Shown piece by piece: positions 58,818 through 64,000 of a stretch of DNA of 64,000 bases. The stretch is from Spirochaetia bacterium (GTDB lineage: Bacteria > Spirochaetota > Spirochaetia > DSM-2461), in contig OY764216.1 in assembly GCA_963668315.1 (NCBI GenBank), positions 5,312,001 through 5,376,000 on the forward strand. Direction: 5' to 3'. How positions within the stretch are numbered: the first letter of the stretch is position 1; every line of letters starts with the position of its first letter. Under the pieces are notes generated by a model. It made no database searches and was not told the origin of the DNA. It saw only the letters and a list, made by a program, of their open reading frames with translations. The position numbers and the translations under genes are program-made.

Positions 58818-59696
58818 ATGGATATAAAAGGAATTATCCCTGCGGTTATTACACCATTTACAGATGATGGAAAGATAAATTACAATGAATTCGCCCGTTT
58901 ACTGGAATTTCTATTCAGCGCCGGCGTTGACGGCGCCTTTATTTCCGGGAATGCGGGAGAATTTTACTCTCTGAACTTTGATGAAAAAATTGAACTGCTG
59001 AGAACGGCCAAGAAAGTTTCGGGCAATAATAAAAGTATCTATTTCGGTTCCGGATGTATAACGACTAATGAATCGGTTATGACCACGCAGATGGCCGAAG
59101 CCGAAGGGGCCGATGCGGTTTCCGTCATAACACCCTACCTGATCAAGCCTAATGAAGATGAATTATTCTTCCATTATAAAACCATTTCAGACGCCACTTC
59201 CCTGCCCACTCTCATCTACAACAATCCGGCGGTAACCGGCGTACCGGTGACAATAGGACTGATGAACCGTCTGATTGAAATCGAAAATATTAAAGGAATT
59301 AAGGACTCTTCCGGTGACTTTGCCCTGACTATTGAATTTCTCAGAATAAAGAAACCCGGTTTTTCCGTTCTGGCCGGCAGGGATGGGCTCATCCTTTCGA
59401 CCCTGGTCCACGGAGGCTCGGGAGCCATTTCATCCATAGCTTCAGCCTGTCCGGAAATAGCGGTGGGAATATACCGGGCATACAGGGAGGGGGACATGGA
59501 AAGAGCCGTTGATCTCCAATTCCGACTGGCAGAGCTTCGCCAGCTTTTTTCCAGGGGAACCTTTCCCTCCATCGTGAAAGAAGCACTGGAGATGAGGGGG
59601 ATCAAAGCAGGTAAACCAAGGGATCCGATCTTTCCTCTGCAGGAAAGATACAAGAAAGAGCTTGAAAAAATGGTCAGGGATGTACAAAACATATAA
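58818..59696 (+). CDS. DapA/NAL-family class I aldolase or dehydratase
   Basis: GIIPAVITPF, GNAGEF, ITPY, IYNNP..TG, GIKDSSG (Schiff-base Lys). Confidence 0.9.
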   Translation: MDIKGIIPAVITPFTDDGKINYNEFARLLEFLFSAGVDGAFISGNAGEFYSLNFDEKIELLRTAKKVSGNNKSIYFGSGCITTNESVMTTQMAEAEGADAVSVITPYLIKPNEDELFFHYKTISDATSLPTLIYNNPAVTGVPVTIGLMNRLIEIENIKGIKDSSGDFALTIEFLRIKKPGFSVLAGRDGLILSTLVHGGSGAISSIASACPEIAVGIYRAYREGDMERAVDLQFRLAELRQLFSRGTFPSIVKEALEMRGIKAGKPRDPIFPLQERYKKELEKMVRDVQNI

Positions 59697-59707
59697 TATT
59701 GTTATAT
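59691..59707. promoter_or_regulatory. Palindromic candidate operator ATATAA-N5-TTATAT
   Basis: ATATAATATTGTTATAT just before the IclR gene; near-copy at 58735-58751. Confidence 0.5.
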
Positions 59708-59717
59708 TTTAATAAAT

Positions 59718-60500
59718 ATGGAAGAAAGCGATAAATACAATGTAAAAGCAGTGGAACGCTGCTTTCAAGTTCTCGATCTGGCGACAGAATTAGAAGGACC
59801 TCTCTCGATACAGGATGTCTGCAACAGTTTGAATATTAATTCCAATATGACTTTCCGCTTACTGACGACCATGACCAATTCCGGTTATCTCGTCAAAGAC
59901 GAAAGCAGCGGAAAATATTCCATATCCCTCAAGGTCCTTCAGCTTTCAAGAAAATCGCTGTCTTCCTTGGAAATAAGAAGAATAGCCATGCCCTATCTCG
60001 AGCTGTTGTGGAGTCAGTATCCCAAGGCCAATCTGAATCTGGCTGTCTTCAACGAGGGGGAAATCCTCGTTGTAGACAGGATAGACAGCCAGAGTCTGCC
60101 CAGGACATACTTCACTCCCGGCAAAACTCTCCCGTTTCACTGTACCGGCATGGGAAAGATCCTGACCTGCGAACTGCCGGAACAGGAAATCGACTCTCTA
60201 ATTAAAAAGAACGGATTGAAGGTTTATACGCCGCAGACGATTTCTAACAAAGAGGACCTTATGGTGGAGCTGGAGAAAGTAAGGACGGAACAGCTGGCAC
60301 GGGACAGGGTGGAGTTCATTTTGAATGACAACTGCAACGCCGCCCCCATAAGGGATAAAAGCGGTAGGATAATCGCAGGCATAAGCCTTTCTGCGTTCGA
60401 GAACTATATGTCGGTGGACGAAGTTGAAGCTACCGCGGGCATGCTTCAGGACACGGCAAGGAAAATATCCTATTTCATGGGCGATAACAACTGGCAATAG
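59718..60500 (+). CDS. IclR-family regulator
   Basis: VKAVERCFQVL HTH start, G..LPFHCTGMGK, AAPIRD..G.IIAGIS. Confidence 0.93.
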   Translation: MEESDKYNVKAVERCFQVLDLATELEGPLSIQDVCNSLNINSNMTFRLLTTMTNSGYLVKDESSGKYSISLKVLQLSRKSLSSLEIRRIAMPYLELLWSQYPKANLNLAVFNEGEILVVDRIDSQSLPRTYFTPGKTLPFHCTGMGKILTCELPEQEIDSLIKKNGLKVYTPQTISNKEDLMVELEKVRTEQLARDRVEFILNDNCNAAPIRDKSGRIIAGISLSAFENYMSVDEVEATAGMLQDTARKISYFMGDNNWQ

Positions 60501-60538
60501 CTGTTTTTATTTCCCATAATATATAACAGGAAGACCAT

Positions 60539-61681
60539 ATGAAAATTGTTATAGCATCCGATTCTTATAAGGGCTCAAATACGAGCATGAAAGTTGCCGA
60601 AGCCATCGAGCGGGGTCTGAAAAAAGTCACAGCCGATCTGGACGTGGTTAAGATTCCTGTGGCTGACGGCGGAGAAGGTCTGGTACAGGCTCTTGTCCCC
60701 GACGAAAAGAGATGGGTTTACAGGACGGTTACCGGTCCCATGGGACAACCGGTGAATGCCTTCTATGGACTTCTCGACGACTCCGTGGCTGTTCTGGAAA
60801 TGGCAAGCGCGTCAGGGCTTCCCCTGGTGGAGGGGAACAAAGACCCCCGGCTGGCAACAACCTTCGGAACCGGAGAACTTATCAGAGATGCCGTAGAGAG
60901 AGGCTGCACCACCCTCTATATCGGAATAGGCGGCAGTGCCACCAACGACGGGGGAACCGGTATGGCCCGGGCCCTGGGGGCCCGCTTTCTTGATTCCGGG
61001 GGCGAAGAGATTGAAGCGGCAGGGGGAAATCTTGACAGGATTGAAACGGTAGATCTCTCCGGAATGCTTCCGGGCCTTAAGAATGTAACAATTGAAGTGG
61101 CTTGCGATGTGGATAACCCCCTCTGCGGGGAACAGGGAGCCAGCGCCGTTTACGGGCCTCAGAAAGGAGCGACACCCGAAATGGTGAAACTCCTGGATAA
61201 CAATCTGGCCCATCTGGCAGATGTCATGACAAAAACCTGCGGCAGGGAATTATCCGAAATACCCGGCGCCGGAGCTGCAGGGGGACTGGGTTTCGGTCTT
61301 ATGGCGTTCTGCGGAGCTCAGTTGAAATCGGGGATAGACCTTGTACTGGACAGTCTGCAATTCGACCGGGCCCTCGAAGGGGCATCCCTTGTCATAACGG
61401 GAGAAGGCAAGATAGACGGGCAGTCGGTCCGCGGAAAAGTTCCCGTGGGAATTGCCGCCCGGGCAAAGAAAAAAGGACTTCCCGTTCTGGCTATATGCGG
61501 GGATATCGGTCCGGGCGTGGAAGTCCTTTATGATTACGGAATCGACTCAATCATGAGCACCGTCAACCGGGCGATGCCCCTGGATGAGGCCATGAACCGT
61601 TCAGCGGAGCTTCTCGAGGAAGGAGCCGAACGGGCTTTCCGGATGATTATGATAGGAAGGAATTTCCCAGGGAGTAACTAA
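60539..61681 (+). CDS. garK: Glycerate kinase (GarK/GlxK family)
   Basis: ASDSYKGS, PVADGGEG, GIGGSATNDGG, YGPQKGA, GAGAAGGLG, ITGEG..D.QS..GKVP. Confidence 0.94.
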   Translation: MKIVIASDSYKGSNTSMKVAEAIERGLKKVTADLDVVKIPVADGGEGLVQALVPDEKRWVYRTVTGPMGQPVNAFYGLLDDSVAVLEMASASGLPLVEGNKDPRLATTFGTGELIRDAVERGCTTLYIGIGGSATNDGGTGMARALGARFLDSGGEEIEAAGGNLDRIETVDLSGMLPGLKNVTIEVACDVDNPLCGEQGASAVYGPQKGATPEMVKLLDNNLAHLADVMTKTCGRELSEIPGAGAAGGLGFGLMAFCGAQLKSGIDLVLDSLQFDRALEGASLVITGEGKIDGQSVRGKVPVGIAARAKKKGLPVLAICGDIGPGVEVLYDYGIDSIMSTVNRAMPLDEAMNRSAELLEEGAERAFRMIMIGRNFPGSN

Positions 61682-62381
61682 CGGCCGCCCTGCAGTGAAG
61701 AGCTGTCGTATTGAACATGGGCAGACCGGGAATATCCTCTTCACGGAGCAGCAGGAAGATTTCAGTGCAGCCCAGAATGACTCCTTCCGCGGATTGTTCC
61801 TTGACCAGTCTGTCAACAATCTCCACATACCTTTGTCTTGAACTTTCCCTGATGCCGAATTTGACCAATTCATCGAATATGATGCGGTCAATCTCTTCCT
61901 GCTCCTCCAGAGAGGGGACGATGATTTCGAGATCAAACATTTTCTCGTAGCGTTCTTTCAAATAGGAGAGCTGCATAACCGGCATAGTCCCAAGAAGGAT
62001 GACTTTCGATAAGCCGCGGCTCCTGATCTCCCTTCCTGTAGGGTCGGCTATATGGATATAGGGAACATTCTTATCATTCATTATGGATTCCAGAGGCTTA
62101 TGCAATGTGTTTGAAACGCATAGGATAACATCGGCCCCGCCGGCGATCAGCTTATCGATGTGTTTCTCCATATACTCCGTGAGCCCGGGCCAGTCATCAT
62201 TTCTGACATAGGCTTCGACATTCCCGAAATTCATTCCTGAAATCAATGTTTCCGCAATTTCCCATCCGCCCAGACGGGAATTGACTTCTCCATTCAGCAT
62301 TTTGTAGTATTCTCCCGTGGCGACATTGCTGCAGCCTCCCAGAAGTCCGATGGTCCTTTGCATCAGGGGACGTTCTATCAT
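61647..62381 (-). CDS. Aspartate/glutamate racemase family (YgeA/RacX-like)
   Basis: IGLLGG, CVSNTLH, LLGT, ILGCTEI. Confidence 0.88.
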   Translation of the reverse strand: MIERPLMQRTIGLLGGCSNVATGEYYKMLNGEVNSRLGGWEIAETLISGMNFGNVEAYVRNDDWPGLTEYMEKHIDKLIAGGADVILCVSNTLHKPLESIMNDKNVPYIHIADPTGREIRSRGLSKVILLGTMPVMQLSYLKERYEKMFDLEIIVPSLEEQEEIDRIIFDELVKFGIRESSRQRYVEIVDRLVKEQSAEGVILGCTEIFLLLREEDIPGLPMFNTTALHCRAAVSYSLGNSFLS

Positions 62382-62448
62382 CTCATACTCCTTTCAAATT
62401 GATAATCGAGGGAGATTCTACAGGACCGGACAGATCCCGTATTGAACG

Positions 62449-63225
62449 TTATTGATATTTCCTGATGACTCCTGGATTGATGCCGAATGCCCGCTTCATC
62501 CATCGGGTCATGTGGCTCTGATCTGAAAATCCGGCGGCGACCGCCGCATCTGACAAAGGGGAACCTGTTGATATCAGCGTCTTTGCCCTCTGAATTCGCC
62601 CCGCGATGAGCAGTTGAAAAGGGGAAATTCCATAGACATCTTTAAATGAGCGGGAGAGGTGTTCAGGGCTTACTCCGGCCAGAGAGGATAACTCGTCCAG
62701 AGTCAGAGGACGCGAAGGGTCATCCATAATCCGTTCATAGGCTCTGACCAGGTAAGGGGGAATTTCCAGGCCGAATCCGGGATTATCGGGTATTTCCTGG
62801 AGCAGTTCGATAAGCCATTCGCCGAATGCCAGTTCCGCCGCAGATCCCCCATCGAAAACCTGAAACAGCTTGCGGATAAAGCCTGTCCGGCCGGATAATT
62901 GGGAAAAATCCGATATTCTGGAGAAAATGGCTTCTTCCTCGACCCCTGTAGCCAGGGAGAACTGAGCAGAATCCATATACAGAGACAGATAATTCCAGCC
63001 AAGCCCGTCAAATGTCTTGGCGCTGTGTACCGTACCCGGCGATATAATCAGCAAATCACTGGTTTGGGCAACTCCCCGGTAACGGCCGCACTGGTAATTC
63101 TTCGCTCCGTCACGATAGACCGCGATGACATACTCTTCATGCCAGTGGGGGGCATATTGGTATGTTTCGACGATACTGTCCAATACGCTGATTCCCCCGT
63201 ACAGCGGTAAGCTTTTCAGTTCCAT
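62449..63225 (-). CDS. AraC-family regulator
   Basis: PHWHEEY cupin; LSRSFK...GISP, GFSDQSHMTR HTH. Confidence 0.93.
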   Translation of the reverse strand: MELKSLPLYGGISVLDSIVETYQYAPHWHEEYVIAVYRDGAKNYQCGRYRGVAQTSDLLIISPGTVHSAKTFDGLGWNYLSLYMDSAQFSLATGVEEEAIFSRISDFSQLSGRTGFIRKLFQVFDGGSAAELAFGEWLIELLQEIPDNPGFGLEIPPYLVRAYERIMDDPSRPLTLDELSSLAGVSPEHLSRSFKDVYGISPFQLLIAGRIQRAKTLISTGSPLSDAAVAAGFSDQSHMTRWMKRAFGINPGVIRKYQ

Positions 63226-63269
63226 GATTCCCGTCCTTCGTCCTGTATCATAAGCCCTAAGAAGCTGTT

Positions 63270-63824
63270 TTAATCATGACGCGGTAGAAGAAGGGATTTT
63301 GTATTTTTATCCGGATTCTTCCTGACGAGATGAATAATAGATTCTTCCAATCCTGAGACTATCGCCGAAAGAGCCATGATGGAGATAATCACCGGCTTCC
63401 CTGTTATAACAATCGCGACCATCCCGGTAAAAACAATTATCCCGGTCAGTTTATTCAACAGGGTATGGATGAAAGCTATTTTCCTGTTTTTAACCAGAGA
63501 TATGACAATAGGAAGGCACTTCACAATCACCGCGACTGAAATTATATACCCATGGGACGAAATGACGGCCGTCCTGCAAAGGAGTAGATAAACCAGTAAT
63601 GAGATATAGAATACCAAATCACCAAGAGAGTCCAGCAGAGCTCCCGATTCACTTTCCCAATGATATCTGCGCGCAACGTAACCGTCCAGTATATCCGATG
63701 CGCCGATAAACAAAGTTAATAATAAAAAAAGGATAAGATTCTGGCCGATAAGTAAGTACAGAAGGCATGAGAACATACGCATAATCGAAATGAGGTTGGG
63801 AATCCCGCTGTATTTATTGTTCAT
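63270..63824 (-). CDS. CDP-alcohol phosphatidyltransferase family protein
   Basis: IPNLISIMR, SDILDGYVARR...S..GALLDSLGD signature. Confidence 0.9.
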   Translation of the reverse strand: MNNKYSGIPNLISIMRMFSCLLYLLIGQNLILFLLLTLFIGASDILDGYVARRYHWESESGALLDSLGDLVFYISLLVYLLLCRTAVISSHGYIISVAVIVKCLPIVISLVKNRKIAFIHTLLNKLTGIIVFTGMVAIVITGKPVIISIMALSAIVSGLEESIIHLVRKNPDKNTKSLLLPRHD

Positions 63825-63902
63825 CGGGATGAGGAAGAACGATCCGGTCCCGGCAGCCTGGATTCTCCTCCGGACAGCCAATATTAATCACTGATATTTT
63901 CC

Positions 63903-64000
63903 CTATTTAGCCAGATAGGGAATAGAATCGATTTCACCTTCCCTATCCTTGGCCAGCTGCTTCCAAAGAGCTTTCCGCTTCTCCCCTTCGACTCTTTTTT
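63903..64000 (-). CDS. 3' end of an unidentified gene running off the window
   Basis: Open frame KRVEGEKRKALWKQLAKDREGEIDSIPYLAK* reaching the window edge. Confidence 0.4.
   Translation of the reverse strand, partial: KRVEGEKRKALWKQLAKDREGEIDSIPYLAK

Overview
Bacterial chromosomal segment, most likely from a free-living anaerobic spirochaete (inferred from the stand-alone CheX, the 'FA-x-G..E' type signal peptides and the gene content). Positions 1-48.3 kb are GC-rich core genome. They carry gap, ybaK, a phosphohexomutase, trpS, aroK, pepF, leuCD, two MATE pumps, an aceE-aceF-lpdA pyruvate dehydrogenase operon, two OmpR/HisKA two-component modules tied to uncharacterised secreted proteins, lemA-TPM-TPM, a multicopper oxidase with an HD-GYP protein, and a hydE-aspA-like-hydF cluster. 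After tRNA-Leu(CAG) at 48331-48414 the DNA turns AT-rich and accessory. There a nitroreductase is split by an IS256 element that itself carries a second, nested IS256 (both 8-bp target duplications are visible), followed by a sugar-acid catabolic cluster. Highlights read directly from the DNA: (i) an unannotated Trp-Trp leader peptide with a complete 1:2/2:3/3:4 attenuator in front of trpS; (ii) a riboswitch-like multi-hairpin leader whose closing helix would bury the SD/AUG of hydE; (iii) a candidate stand-alone structured ncRNA at ~10.8-11.0 kb; (iv) an aldarate-type pathway in which a DapA-family enzyme appears to replace GarL and an ABC importer replaces the MFS permease; (v) several genes with leaderless-mRNA promoter geometry. 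No CRISPR array, rRNA or integrase was seen. All calls are from motif reading by eye; no database searches were run.
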